DNA of 64,000 bases. Origin: a virus. The stretch is from positions 266,924 through 330,923 of the IMG/VR virus record IMGVR_UViG_3300036772_000425; one strand, given 5' to 3'. Shown piece by piece: positions 18,204 through 28,600 of this stretch (positions are counted from its first letter, which is position 1; every line of letters begins with the position of its first letter). The notes below the pieces were generated by a model. That model saw only the letters and a program-made list of their open reading frames with translations, was not told where the DNA came from and searched no databases. A program made the position numbers and the translations under genes.

Positions 18204-18511
18204 GCTCTAACTACTAGGTGGTCGAAGTACTTCAACAGCCGGTAATCACCCGTTCGATCCCAAATCCTGGCCGCAACGTCCTGCATCGGAACCGAGCAGT
18301 AGCACCGATCGCAGACATGCCAGTGGGTGTCCTCAAAGAAGAAGAAACTACCGGCGGCCTCGAGCAGAACCAGGCATGCTGCACACTTGGCGTCTTCACG
18401 AATGTTGAAATTACCGTGACGGCCGACCCACCTCTTGGGCGGGAACCACGAAAACCACCTCTTCCTGAACCAATCGACCATGTCAGGATCGTACCTCGTG
18501 CTCAGCAGCAT
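18200..18511 (-). CDS. Hypothetical Cys/His-rich protein (103 aa)
   Basis: CAAC...HWHVCDRCYC motif. Coupled by ATGA overlap to the downstream ORF. Confidence 0.4.
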   Translation of the reverse strand: MLLSTRYDPDMVDWFRKRWFSWFPPKRWVGRHGNFNIREDAKCAACLVLLEAAGSFFFFEDTHWHVCDRCYCSVPMQDVAARIWDRTGDYRLLKYFDHLVVRA

Positions 18512-19310
18512 GGCATCGCTCGCACAGGACGATGCCCGAAACGTCGTTGTCGAGGTGGTAGTCAGTCACCCACTCGGAGATGCTGGACTTCCGTTCGAAG
18601 TCACCGTCGGCACGGGTCGGATCGACCTCCCCGAACAGTGCGATGCCCCTGTGAAGGATGCTGGCGAAGCGTTCCTGGTCGTGATGGACCTCCAACCCAG
18701 GGCCGCGCGCTCCGCACTTCTGGCACTTGAACCCGGATGCCCGCAGTTTCGGGTACGTCCACACCGAGTGGAGCCGGGCTCGGGCCAGGGGTTGCAGGGC
18801 GGAAGAACCACCGCGCCACTGGGAATGAGTCGGACCGGTGAGAGGGACGATGCTCCCGGTTTCCCAGTAAGATTTCATGTCATCCGACCTCTTTTTCAAG
18901 AGTTCAGGTTGTGCCACGATCGTAGCGCTCCCTTTGATCCCGTAAGCTTGAATTCGAGAATCAGTTTCCTTGGTGCCGTTCTTGTTCCAGGCCACCCAAT
19001 CTCCGTCAGAGATCTGTTGCCTTCGAACGTCCTGACTCTTCTGCAGGGCTTCCTTGTTGTGCCCCCAGTTGTTCTTCACCCGGGAAGCATGGCCTCGGAT
19101 GTACTCCATGAACCCACGTTCGAAGCCGAAGTACTTCGTTGCTCCGCCACAACCGCATGCACAGGTGGGCGCTTTCCCACCGTGCTTCGCTTCGATCAAC
19201 TGCTGCTTCATGATCTCCGTGAGCTGTTGAGCGGTGCCGTGAGCATTGCGGAAATGGAGAGAGACAGCGGTGTAGCTCTTGAACGCGCCGCCGCAGTTGG
19301 GACACTTCAT
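18483..19310 (-). CDS. HNH homing endonuclease with N-terminal zinc finger and a NUMOD3-like repeat
   Basis: 275 aa. N-terminal MKCPNCGG...HFRNAHG...CACGCG zinc-finger module. NGTKETDSRI is a NUMOD3-like repeat. C-terminal CQKCGA...LEVHHDQE...CERCHAAEH is an HNH motif. Free-standing, immediately downstream of the tube gene. Confidence 0.8.
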   Translation of the reverse strand: MKCPNCGGAFKSYTAVSLHFRNAHGTAQQLTEIMKQQLIEAKHGGKAPTCACGCGGATKYFGFERGFMEYIRGHASRVKNNWGHNKEALQKSQDVRRQQISDGDWVAWNKNGTKETDSRIQAYGIKGSATIVAQPELLKKRSDDMKSYWETGSIVPLTGPTHSQWRGGSSALQPLARARLHSVWTYPKLRASGFKCQKCGARGPGLEVHHDQERFASILHRGIALFGEVDPTRADGDFERKSSISEWVTDYHLDNDVSGIVLCERCHAAEHEVRS

Positions 19311-19376
19311 GTCATGACTTTAACACTTGATACAGTACTGTACAGGATGTTTGTTATCGCAAGGTCAAGAAACGCC

Positions 19377-19416
19377 AAAAGGCCCTTTCGGGCCTTCTGA
19401 ATCAGCCTTTCGGCTT
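19377..19416 (-). terminator. Tandem hairpin terminators downstream of the tail tube gene
   Basis: GGCCC-TTTC-GGGCC hairpin followed by AGCC-TTTC-GGCT. On the minus RNA the first is followed by UUUUGGCGUUUCUUG. Confidence 0.5.
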
Positions 19417-19430
19417 GTCGAATCGCAATC

Positions 19431-19919
19431 TCAAAATTGCAGAACCGCGTTGTCAAAACGCAGCGTCAGGCTGATCTCGGCCGGCGTTCCGTCCTCGTAC
19501 GTCAGTTCACCGAAGTTCGCCTCGGTGATGAAGGCACCCTTGATGTCCCACAGTTCGACGACTGTACCGACGGGATCCAGCAGCTTGAGCTGCACGTCCC
19601 GCTTGTAGAAGTCTGCGTAGCCCGACCGGCCCGATACGGACTCAAAGTGAAGCCTGACCCACTCCATGATCTGCTGCGCGCCGGACGGCGCGATCGGATC
19701 GTGCAGGGTGACGGCCATGGTGTTGAACTTCGTCAGGCCGGCCAGGTAACGACGAGCGTTGATGAAGGGCATCTCCACCTCCTCGGTCGTCACGGTCGGT
19801 CGGGCCGTGGTCTTGATGATGTAGGCATCAATGCCCTCGATCATCAGAACCCAACGGTTCTTCCGCTTGGGTTCGAATTTGACTGGCAGCATTGACGTGA
19901 CATCGAGCGTTTCGGCCAT
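19431..19919 (-). CDS. Tail tube protein (T4 gp19-like)
   Basis: 162 aa. C-terminal ELWDIKGAFITEANFGELTYEDGTPAEISLTLRFDNAVLQF parallels gp19 EIKGLWPTNVGELQLDWDSNNEIQTFEVTLALDYWE. ATG start with GAGAGA-type RBS. Confidence 0.75.
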   Translation of the reverse strand: MAETLDVTSMLPVKFEPKRKNRWVLMIEGIDAYIIKTTARPTVTTEEVEMPFINARRYLAGLTKFNTMAVTLHDPIAPSGAQQIMEWVRLHFESVSGRSGYADFYKRDVQLKLLDPVGTVVELWDIKGAFITEANFGELTYEDGTPAEISLTLRFDNAVLQF

Positions 19920-20053
19920 TTTCTCTCAATTCCTTTCAGGAGTGCCTTTTGGGTCCCCTTCAAGTGGTAGCTAGGAGGATCAGCAAGATTCGTATCTGAA
20001 AATGTGCAATGATCGGCCTGAACATAAGGATCGGTGGATTACCATGATCAACG

Positions 20054-21718
20054 ATGGCACCCGTCCCTGGGCAGGTTCTGCGCGTCGCCCAGTGCCCACT
20101 GTGCAATTTTTCATCAAAAAGGTTGACGACCTTCGGGACGCATGTGTCGGATGTCCACGGAAGTTCCGTCCAGGCAGAGTGGGATCGGTTGCACGGTGGA
20201 CCGCGGATCTGCGCCTGCGGTTGCGGCAGGGTGACCACATGGCTCGGTTGGCACGCAGGTTACTCGACCCTGCTGAGGGGCCACAACGCAAGCATCTACA
20301 CGGTGTACAGCACGGAAGAAGCGCAGCGGCTCGCTGCCACGCGTGGGATGAACTGGTCAGGCCAACCCGGGTGGTCCAAGGGCCTCACCAAGGAGACGGA
20401 TGACAGGGTCCGCATGCGTGCAGAGGCGACTGCCGTGGGCCGACAGACCGCCATCGACAGTGGTAGGATCTCCGTCTGGTCCAAGGGCCTCACCAAGGAG
20501 ACGGATCAGAGGGTCGCCGACGCAGCCGCGGCGAAGGGACGGGCACACGCGGACGGAACGTTGGTCGTCTGGTCCAACGGGCTCACCAAGGAGACCGACG
20601 TCAGGGTCGCTGCGATGGCTCGGGCCAACGCCATCACCCACCAACGGCGCGCCCTACGCGATCACCTGGACCGGATCAAGAGGTTGAGCCTCGATGAGAT
20701 CCGTGATCGGGTGGAGGGAGCAGGGAACATGGAGCTCATCGCAGCCGACGGGTACGTGAACGACCTCACCTCGGAGGTTCGGGTCAGGTGCAGGCTATGC
20801 ACGCAGGAATCCATCATCAACGCCAGGCAGGCGTTCGCGTCCAGGTGCCAGCACTGCGATCCTTTTGGGTCCGCGGCGCAGGCCGAGCTCGCCCGGACCG
20901 TCGAGGGTTGGGGGTTCCGGATCCGGCGCAACGATCGATCGACCATCCGGATGAACGGCAGCGTGGCGGAGCTGGACATCCTCATCCCGGAGCATGGGTT
21001 GGCCATCGAGTACAATGGGCTGTACTGGCACAGCAGCCTGAAAAAATCGTCAGCGTACCACCAGAACAAGTCGGACGCGTGCAAGGCGGTTGGGATCCAA
21101 CTGGTGCATGTCTTTGAGGATGAGTGGCGTGACCGGCGCACGATCGTTGAGGGCATGCTCATGCACCGCCTGGGAATGTCAACCCGGTTCGGAGCAAGGG
21201 TCTGCAGCATCGGCGCCCTGGAGCCTGGGGAACGCCGACGATTCTTCCGGCAGAACCACGTGGACGGTGACGTGCCCGCGGTGCATGCCTTGGGCCTCTA
21301 CCACCCAACCGCCGGGCTGGTGATGGCCATCAGCCTCCGGAGGCCGATCCTACGCAAGAAGCACGCCGGTTTCCTTGAGGTTGCCCGGCTGGCGACTGCG
21401 TCCGACACAGCGATCGTCGGCGGGCTGTCGAGGCTGTCGCGTGCAGCCCTGGCATGGGCACAGAATAATGGACATGCGGGCCTAATGACCTATGTTGACA
21501 CCCGGCACGGGAGCGACGGTGGGTCCTGGGTGGGCCATGGATGGGCACCCAAGGGGGAAACGCCGCCGCGATGGTGGTGGACTGACATGGAAACACGGTT
21601 CAACCGGTTCAAGTACCGGGCTGACCGTGCTCGGAACATGTCAGAGACGCAGGTCGCCGAGGAGGCGCACGTCGTGAAGATCCACGGATGCAAGAACCTG
21701 ATCCTTGAAATGATCTGA
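20054..21718 (+). mobile_element. Free-standing homing endonuclease gene: zinc finger + 3x NUMOD3-like repeats + DUF559/PD-(D/E)xK nuclease domain
   Basis: 554 aa on the plus strand inside a minus-strand block. N-terminal CPLCNF...HVSDVHG...CACGCG is the same module as the 18483..19310 HNH protein. Three repeats WSKGLTKETDDRV / WSKGLTKETDQRV / WSNGLTKETDVRV. C-terminal ELDILIPEHGLAIEYNGLYWHS...VHVFEDEW matches the DUF559 (Vsr-like) endonuclease motif. Confidence 0.8.
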
Positions 21719-21760
21719 GCGCACCACCCGGGCGCGCTCGATCCGTCCGCCGCTCGACCG

Positions 21761-22060
21761 TCAGCTCTTCCGGTACGTACCTGAACCGCCCGATGCGGGC
21801 TGCTGCGCCTGCATGTTCTTCGCAGCCTGCATGAGCCGGGTCACCCCGTTCAGCAAGGATTGAACCTGCTCTCCCGACTGGGAATCACCGCTCGCCTGGT
21901 ACATCTCACTGAGAGCCTGCTTCGCCGCGCTCAGGTGCTGGACGAACTTCTCCATCGATGCCTGGGCCCTGAAGCCCGGCGCGCCGGCCTCGTTCAGGGT
22001 TTCTTCCATGATGGTTCGGAGTTGGCTCCCGGTCAGCCTGACGACCCTGTTCTGTTTCAC
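21761..22060 (-). CDS. Small protein with CTS-like N-terminus (99 aa); putative internal head protein
   Basis: MKQNRVVRLTGSQLRTIMEETLNE. Paralogous to the adjacent 22057..22359 ORF. Confidence 0.5.
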   Translation of the reverse strand: MKQNRVVRLTGSQLRTIMEETLNEAGAPGFRAQASMEKFVQHLSAAKQALSEMYQASGDSQSGEQVQSLLNGVTRLMQAAKNMQAQQPASGGSGTYRKS

Positions 22061-22359
22061 CGCTTGCCTCCCGACATGATCCTCTGCATGGCTCCGTCGA
22101 CCTTGAAGGCCAGCGTCTCGAGTTCCTTGTGGATCGCGTTGAGCTCGTTCATGTGCTCGGGAGGTGCTTCATGGATCGCCTTCTGGAACATGTGGTCCGC
22201 CTCCCACAGCTTGGTCACCCCCTGCTTCAGGAAGCTACCGATCTGTGAGCCTGGGTACAGCTCGTTGAGGGTCTGCACCGTTTCTTTGAGCAGGTCAGGC
22301 CGGACGGATCGAGCCTCTTCGTTGATCAGTTTTCGGAGTTGCTGCCTGGAGATCTTCAC
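22057..22359 (-). CDS. Small protein with CTS-like N-terminus (100 aa); putative internal head protein
   Basis: MKISRQQLRKLINEEARSV. ATGA-type overlap with its neighbour. Confidence 0.5.
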   Translation of the reverse strand: MKISRQQLRKLINEEARSVRPDLLKETVQTLNELYPGSQIGSFLKQGVTKLWEADHMFQKAIHEAPPEHMNELNAIHKELETLAFKVDGAMQRIMSGGKR

Positions 22360-22393
22360 GTTGGTTCACCTTTGAGGTTGGAGTTTGTCGCCG

Positions 22394-25393
22394 TCAGGGC
22401 TGCTGCTGGTTCAGGTTGTTCGTCACGACGAAGTCCAGTGACACGAACTCGATCGTCTTCGTGGGCATCACGAAGATCTTCCCGCGGATGGTGTTGTTCT
22501 CGATGTCCTGCTGCGTCGTCGTCGAGCTGTCGATCACGACCTTAAACCGATCGAGACCGGCGAGCGCCTGGATCCTCTGCAGACCGGGCGTGACTGCTGC
22601 CGTGAACTTCGCGAGGGTGACGTCCCTGTTGGGCTCGAAGAGGATGGTGTTGGAGATGTCGCGAACCTGACGCCTGATCTCGATCAGCAACCGGCGGACG
22701 TTGACCCTGTCGAGGGCCGATGCAGCCTGCTGCAGCGTCTTCTGTCCCCAGACCACGACGCCGCCGGTGGGGTTGGTACCACCCTGCGAATTGCCCGGGA
22801 AGGCGACGAGCGGGTTGATGTTGACGTCGTACAGGACGTCCATGTTGTTCTTGGACAGCTTGACCCGGGCCTCCAGGGTCGATTGCAGGGCTCCTCGGGT
22901 GAAACCGGCCGGAGCGAACCACGGATGACCCACCTTGTCATTCAAGGCCATGGCTCCCAGGACAACGACTGACGGTGGGACGACCACGTTAGTCTGCGTC
23001 GTCGGATCCGGGATCACAACGTCCGGGAAGTAAGCTGCTCCGAAGCTGCTGTCCAGGGCCCGGCTTGCGAAGTTCTGGGCCGTCAGGGTGACGCTCGGCA
23101 GCTGGTCATCGCTGGTCACCAGTTCACCGTTGTTGTCAAGCTGCTCTACGTCCATGATGTAGAGAGCATCGAACCTATCCTGCACCGCTGAGATGGCGGC
23201 ATCGGTGACCACTGGGTTCCGAGCGCCAGGAATGGCAAGGAGCTGCAGGTCGGTGTTCGTGGTCTCACCCATGATCTGCAGGGCCTTGGCGTAGGCCTGG
23301 ACCGTGGGTCCGTTGTTGGATCCACGGTTCGGATCGGACATGTCTCCCTCGACGGCTGCGTTGGTGAGCTGCGATTCATCCATGTCAAAGATGTTGATCC
23401 CATCCGAACCGCCCTGGACGAAGAAGCTCCACTTCAGGAAACGCCTGTTGGCCTGGATGAAGTCGTCTGGGATGACGGCCCGCGTTTTGTTGGCATCGTT
23501 TGCCACGATGCCGCCGGCGCGGACATAGGTTGCGTTGACCCACTGGTTGGAGTCAGCCACACCGGTAGAGCCGGTGATGACCTGGACGTTCATCAGGCTG
23601 AAGAAATCTCGGTTGAAGAGATCGTTGTCGATCGCTCCGTTCGCCACCGTGCTCGGGGTCCCGGTGTTGTCAGTGGACAGGAAGTCCTGCACATCAACCC
23701 GGTGGTTCGGGAAGTACTGCACGGTCGCGTTCATCGAAAGGTTGGGCAGAACGGACAGGTTCGGTGTGGCCAAGCTGGCCACGTGTTCGTACTGAACGCC
23801 CCAGTACAGGAGCGGGTTGACCTGCAACGTGGCTCCTGAACCCTGCGTCAGGTTCTGCCGGAACGGAACGGGCGGTTGCTTGACACGGGTCCATGCTGAT
23901 GAATCGATGACGGTGGCTGCCGTGGGCGCCACCAACGGAGCTGTGCCCGCCGTCATCAGGTGGTTCGCTCCACGCATGCCGACCGGCATGGCGCTCGGGT
24001 CTGCCTCGCCGGTGTCCACGCTGGAATCCATCTCGACCCGGATCAGGTTCGACTGGTTCAGGTAGTTGCCGTCCACCGCGATCTTCTGGGCTGTCAGGCC
24101 CCTGTCGAAGTCGAAGTACGAGTGTTGGTCGCCCACCACCTTGGCGATGTACCGATCATCGCTTGGGTTCAGGCTGAGCCCACGCCACTGTTCCAGGTAG
24201 ACGGGACTTGCGTCGTTGTCAGTCCAAGATCGAACGACCAGGTCGAATGACGGGTATGGGTCGTTGGAATCTGTCGAGATCGCAATGTTCTCGATGGCCA
24301 ACTTGTACAGCGTTGACACACCGGAACCGTCATCGAGGGCGTGCACCCTGAACAGGTTCTGAGCGCGGCCGCCGAAAGGTTGGCTGACAACCCAGGGTGA
24401 AAGAGCGTGGGTGAAACGATCCTGGAAATCCTCGAAATCCGGTGCCGTTGAGGTGCCGGAATCCCGAGCCTGAGACCCGGTGAGCAGGAATGCATCGTGC
24501 TCAAGGACCTGACCCACCATGGAACTGGTGAGGACTCCGATGCCCGTCACTACAGCGGTGGCTGGGTGGATGTCCCATGATGCGTAGACGAAGTGACCGG
24601 CCTGCTGAAGCTTGGTCTGATCGGTGTTGAGAACGTTTGCGAAGTAGTTCGGCGACGTCATGTCGAACGATGCCGTGATCACGTTCGGGTACAGCGGATC
24701 GGTGCCCTTGTGACCGTTGAGAAGCATGACAAAGTCCTGCTTGGCAACGCTCGATTGGAGAAGAACCGTTGAACCGACGGAAGCTCCGTTCCCGTTGCTG
24801 GCGACAGCGTTCGACCCGGGTCGAACGCTGGGAGCGACGGACGAGGACAGGGAGATGATGACGCCTGATGGAGCCATCACAACCCCCCGGAGGATGGGCT
24901 GTGCCGCAGAGCCTGACTGCAGGCCCGCCGAGCTGAAGACGGTTGACCCAGCTGACTCTGACATGAGGCAACCGAGGAAGTACGTCCGACCGAGCGGGCC
25001 GCCCAAGTTCGCGTACGGGTTGGAGCTCAGGATGCCTTCGTTGTCGGGATCCGGCTGCTTCTCACCCACCACGAAACCAGAGGTTCCGACGATGCCGGTC
25101 TGGGTGTTGCGCTGCTTCCCGTCTCCGGCACCCAGGATCCTGAGGTAGGTCAGGGCCTGAGCGTTCCGCAACCATTCACTGACCGCCAGCGGCCCGAACT
25201 TCTGGCCGTCGGACGGCCCGAACTTGGCGTTGAAGTCAGACTGCAATCCGACCGTGATCGGAACGTAAGCCGGACCCTTCACCGCGGTGCCGATGACACC
25301 GGCTGGGACGCCCGTCGGTTGCTGAGCAACCGGGCCCGAGAGATCGATCTCCTGAGCTGTGACCCCCGCTGCACCGAACTTCAACTGTGCCAT
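22394..25393 (-). CDS. Tail sheath protein, copy 1 (gp18-like, 999 aa)
   Basis: C-terminus NRVNVRRLLIEIRRQ...IEFVSLDFVVTN parallels gp18 DRINVRRLFNMLK...INYITLNFVATA. N-terminus TGVPAGVIGTAVKGPAYVPITVG. Preceded by GATAGTTAGGAACGAGGCAGGACAGGC-ATG. Confidence 0.85.
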   Translation of the reverse strand: MAQLKFGAAGVTAQEIDLSGPVAQQPTGVPAGVIGTAVKGPAYVPITVGLQSDFNAKFGPSDGQKFGPLAVSEWLRNAQALTYLRILGAGDGKQRNTQTGIVGTSGFVVGEKQPDPDNEGILSSNPYANLGGPLGRTYFLGCLMSESAGSTVFSSAGLQSGSAAQPILRGVVMAPSGVIISLSSSVAPSVRPGSNAVASNGNGASVGSTVLLQSSVAKQDFVMLLNGHKGTDPLYPNVITASFDMTSPNYFANVLNTDQTKLQQAGHFVYASWDIHPATAVVTGIGVLTSSMVGQVLEHDAFLLTGSQARDSGTSTAPDFEDFQDRFTHALSPWVVSQPFGGRAQNLFRVHALDDGSGVSTLYKLAIENIAISTDSNDPYPSFDLVVRSWTDNDASPVYLEQWRGLSLNPSDDRYIAKVVGDQHSYFDFDRGLTAQKIAVDGNYLNQSNLIRVEMDSSVDTGEADPSAMPVGMRGANHLMTAGTAPLVAPTAATVIDSSAWTRVKQPPVPFRQNLTQGSGATLQVNPLLYWGVQYEHVASLATPNLSVLPNLSMNATVQYFPNHRVDVQDFLSTDNTGTPSTVANGAIDNDLFNRDFFSLMNVQVITGSTGVADSNQWVNATYVRAGGIVANDANKTRAVIPDDFIQANRRFLKWSFFVQGGSDGINIFDMDESQLTNAAVEGDMSDPNRGSNNGPTVQAYAKALQIMGETTNTDLQLLAIPGARNPVVTDAAISAVQDRFDALYIMDVEQLDNNGELVTSDDQLPSVTLTAQNFASRALDSSFGAAYFPDVVIPDPTTQTNVVVPPSVVVLGAMALNDKVGHPWFAPAGFTRGALQSTLEARVKLSKNNMDVLYDVNINPLVAFPGNSQGGTNPTGGVVVWGQKTLQQAASALDRVNVRRLLIEIRRQVRDISNTILFEPNRDVTLAKFTAAVTPGLQRIQALAGLDRFKVVIDSSTTTQQDIENNTIRGKIFVMPTKTIEFVSLDFVVTNNLNQQQP

Positions 25394-25434
25394 GCCTGTC
25401 CTGCCTCGTTCCTAACTATCGTTCTCTGCCTCGA

Positions 25435-25647
25435 TCATGAACCCTTGACGCAGTCGAAGCACTCCCAAGCCCCATCTTCTAGCTCAACCCAACCCCTGCG
25501 CTTGGCAGAGGCAAGCGATTCTTCCAGCATTTCTAGACGAACGTAGTACTGCGCCCCGCACATGCACACCATGCGGGGCACAAGCACCGCGACATCAGAA
25601 GCGATGACTAACCCTTTGGGTTGCTCGTTTCCCATGATCTTCACCAT
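25435..25647 (-). CDS. Small zinc-ribbon protein (70 aa) between the two sheath genes
   Basis: CMCG...CFDC Cys pairs, in the 266-bp gap between the sheath paralogues. Confidence 0.4.
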   Translation of the reverse strand: MVKIMGNEQPKGLVIASDVAVLVPRMVCMCGAQYYVRLEMLEESLASAKRRGWVELEDGAWECFDCVKGS

Positions 25648-25658
25648 GTTCTCATGAA

Positions 25659-28600
25659 TCAGACGAAGGCGATGCCGCTGTTGGTGATGATGAAGTCAAC
25701 CGCGATGAATTCAATCACACGGGTGGGCACCACCACGATCCGGCCGTTCAGCTTGTTCAGGTCGATGTCGGCCTGCGTGTTGTTGGTCTCATTCATGATG
25801 ACCTGGAAGGATTCGATCCCGGCCTGTGCCTGGATCAGGCCCAACTGCAGGGCTGATTGCGAGACGAACTTGCCCCAAACCTCGGGCGTGTTCTGCTCGA
25901 ACTCCAGGCCCAAAGCGATGTTGATGACGATCCTCTTGACCTCCAGCAGCAACCGGCGGACGTTGACCCGATCGAGCGCGGAGCTCTTGATCTGCAGCGT
26001 CTTCTGTCCCCAGACCACGAATCCCTGCCTGGGGAAGGTGGCGATCGGATTGATCCGGCTGTCGTAGAGACGATCCCTGTCCGAGGAGTTCAAGCGGACC
26101 TCAACGTTGCTGACGAAGTCGAGAGCAGCCCGGTTGAACCCAGCCGGCGCGAACCACGGGTACCCCACCCGATCATTGAACCCAAGGGCTCCGAGCGCAG
26201 CGATGGACGCTGGCACCTTGATGCGGCGGCGGTTGGTGGAATCTTCGATGAAGACGTCCGGGAAGTACGTACCGACGTAGTTGTTGTCGATCGCTCGGGT
26301 GTCCAGGCCGACCGCTGTCTGGTTGACGTCGGGCTTCAGGGTCGCATCGTCGAAGAGGCGAACCTGGTTCTCATCGAATTTCTCAAGGTCCATCACGTAG
26401 TAGGCGAGCCCGTAGGCCCTGACCTTCTGTCCCGTGTAATCGCTGATGAAAGGTTCCCTGATACCCGGAAGGAGGAGAACGTTGTGGTTGACCGCCATCG
26501 GATCCGTCATGATGTTGACAGCCGCTACGTACGAGGCGACCGTGGAGTTCTGCTGCCCTGCACCCGACTGGTTCGCTGCGAATGCTGCTGGGATGAACCC
26601 GGGTGCCGCCTCGCCGACGAAGGAGCTCGCCTTGTCGTTCATCCGACGTGCATCGGGATCCAGCGTGTTGACGCCGTCCCAACCGCCCGCAAGGAAGGTG
26701 GTGAATTTTGCGTATGGGCTGAAACGGTTGAAGACAGAGGCGGATGCCTTACCGAGCAGGGTTGCAAACGAAATGCGAGGACCGATGACAGGATCCTGGA
26801 TCGTGTACTGGGTGGTGTCCACCTTTCCGTTGCGGATGTAGGCTGCCTCCCTCATGTGCGTGTCGACAGACGCCGTCAGGTCGGTCAAGGAACTGTTGCC
26901 GAGCGCAACCCGGGCCAACGTGAACTTGTTGTTGTTCAGCACGTCGGCACCCGACCCGGTGACCACCGTGTCCAGCTGCTGGATCCCCTGCAGCTGGGTC
27001 AACGATGAGAGCAGGGAGTTCGGGAACGTCTCCAGGTTCGGATCGAGCGGGATATCGTTCCTTTCGAACTTGACACCCCAGTAGTACAGCGGAACAGAAA
27101 GCTCCGTGATGCCCGGTTCGCCGAACCACGATGCCGCGGTCGGACGTTGGCCCTTGGTCACCTTGGAACGCATCGGCACGGGGGGCACGATTGCTCCGCT
27201 CAGTGCCTGAGCAGACCCGGTCACAACACCGGAGATCCTCACGAGCCCACCGGTCTGCGCGGAGTCCGTCAAGGAATCGTTCGTCTTCAGGATCACCGCT
27301 CCACGGAAACCGAACGGAAGCGCCTGCGGCGGCGTCAGGCCACGATCGACCTGGGAATTCATGACGATCCTGACAAGTGCCGAGTTGTTCTGGTACTTCC
27401 CCTGCGTCACGATCCGTCGCTCATCCGGATCGGTTGAATCAAAGTTGAAGTACACCTTCCGATCTCCGATCACCTTCGCAACGTAGTTCTGTGCGTTGGG
27501 ATCGAGCGAGCAGTTGTTGAACTGCTCCAGCACCAGCGGGCTGGTGTCCGTGTCAGACCAGGAACGAACCTGGACTGCGAAGGTCCCGTACTTGTTGGCA
27601 TCGTCCAGGGATGCCTTCAGGCTGACGATGGAGATCTTGTACAGGTTGTTTGCGTACGATCCATCGTCGAGGGCCTCAAACCTGAAGAGATCGTACTCGG
27701 TGGCACCGAATGGTTGGCTGATGAAGTTCGTGGTCGAGGGAGCCTTGAACCGGGTATCGAACGCTCCGAACGCCTTGCGGTACTGCAGGGTGGCATCGCC
27801 AGAGTTCAGGCTCACGTTGTTGGTACCCGAGACCACGGCGACGACTGAGTTCGCCACTGTCGCAATCTCATCATCGACAGCGAAGTCTGAGTACAGCAGG
27901 TGCTTCGTGGTCGCAAAGCGATCCGGATCAGAGTTCAGGACCTTGGCGAAGTAGTCAGTTGAGCTCGGATCCAACGAAGCCGTCAGGATGTGAACCCCTG
28001 ATTGACCGTCGTTGTTGTAGTAGCTGTCGCCCAACGATGTTGAGATGATCAGCTTGAATTTCCCGTTTGAATCAGTCGCACCTGCGTCCAACATGGTGTT
28101 GACGGCGCCCGCTGACATGTCACGGTTGTAGTCAGTGACCATCAGCTTCGACCCAGAGGCCATCAGAACAACACCCCTGATCAGGTTGACGATGGACGAT
28201 GCGAACGAATCGTTGTCCGTGAAGTCAGCCTGGCCGAACGCTTCGTTCGCCTGCTTGGTGTGCCGAGCCACGATGTACTGAACGCTGTGATCGTACCGAC
28301 CGAGCCTGTCCTGGGACGTACCGTCCAGGTGGTACCCTGCGTTGAGGACCCGACCCTGCACGCTGGCACGGGTGATGTCTGTTGCGCTGGCGTTGTTACC
28401 GGCTCCCAGGATCCTCATGAAGGTCAGGGCCGACCGGTTGTTGAGCCAGTTGTTGGCTGCGTAGGGCCCGAACCTTTTCGGATCAAGGTTGCCGAAGATG
28501 CTGACGAACTGATCCCAGTTCCCCACCGTGACCGGCACGAATGCTGGTCCTCGGTTGGAGGTGCCGATGACACCGGCCGGAACACCAACAGGGCCTTGCG

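Noticed and set aside
20400-20640. Nucleotide-level tandem repeats in the homing endonuclease gene (three GGCCTCACCAAGGAGACGGAT-like units)
   Set aside because: These are in-frame codon repeats encoding the NUMOD3-like GLTKETD modules, not a CRISPR array or non-coding repeat (no spacers; they lie within one ORF).
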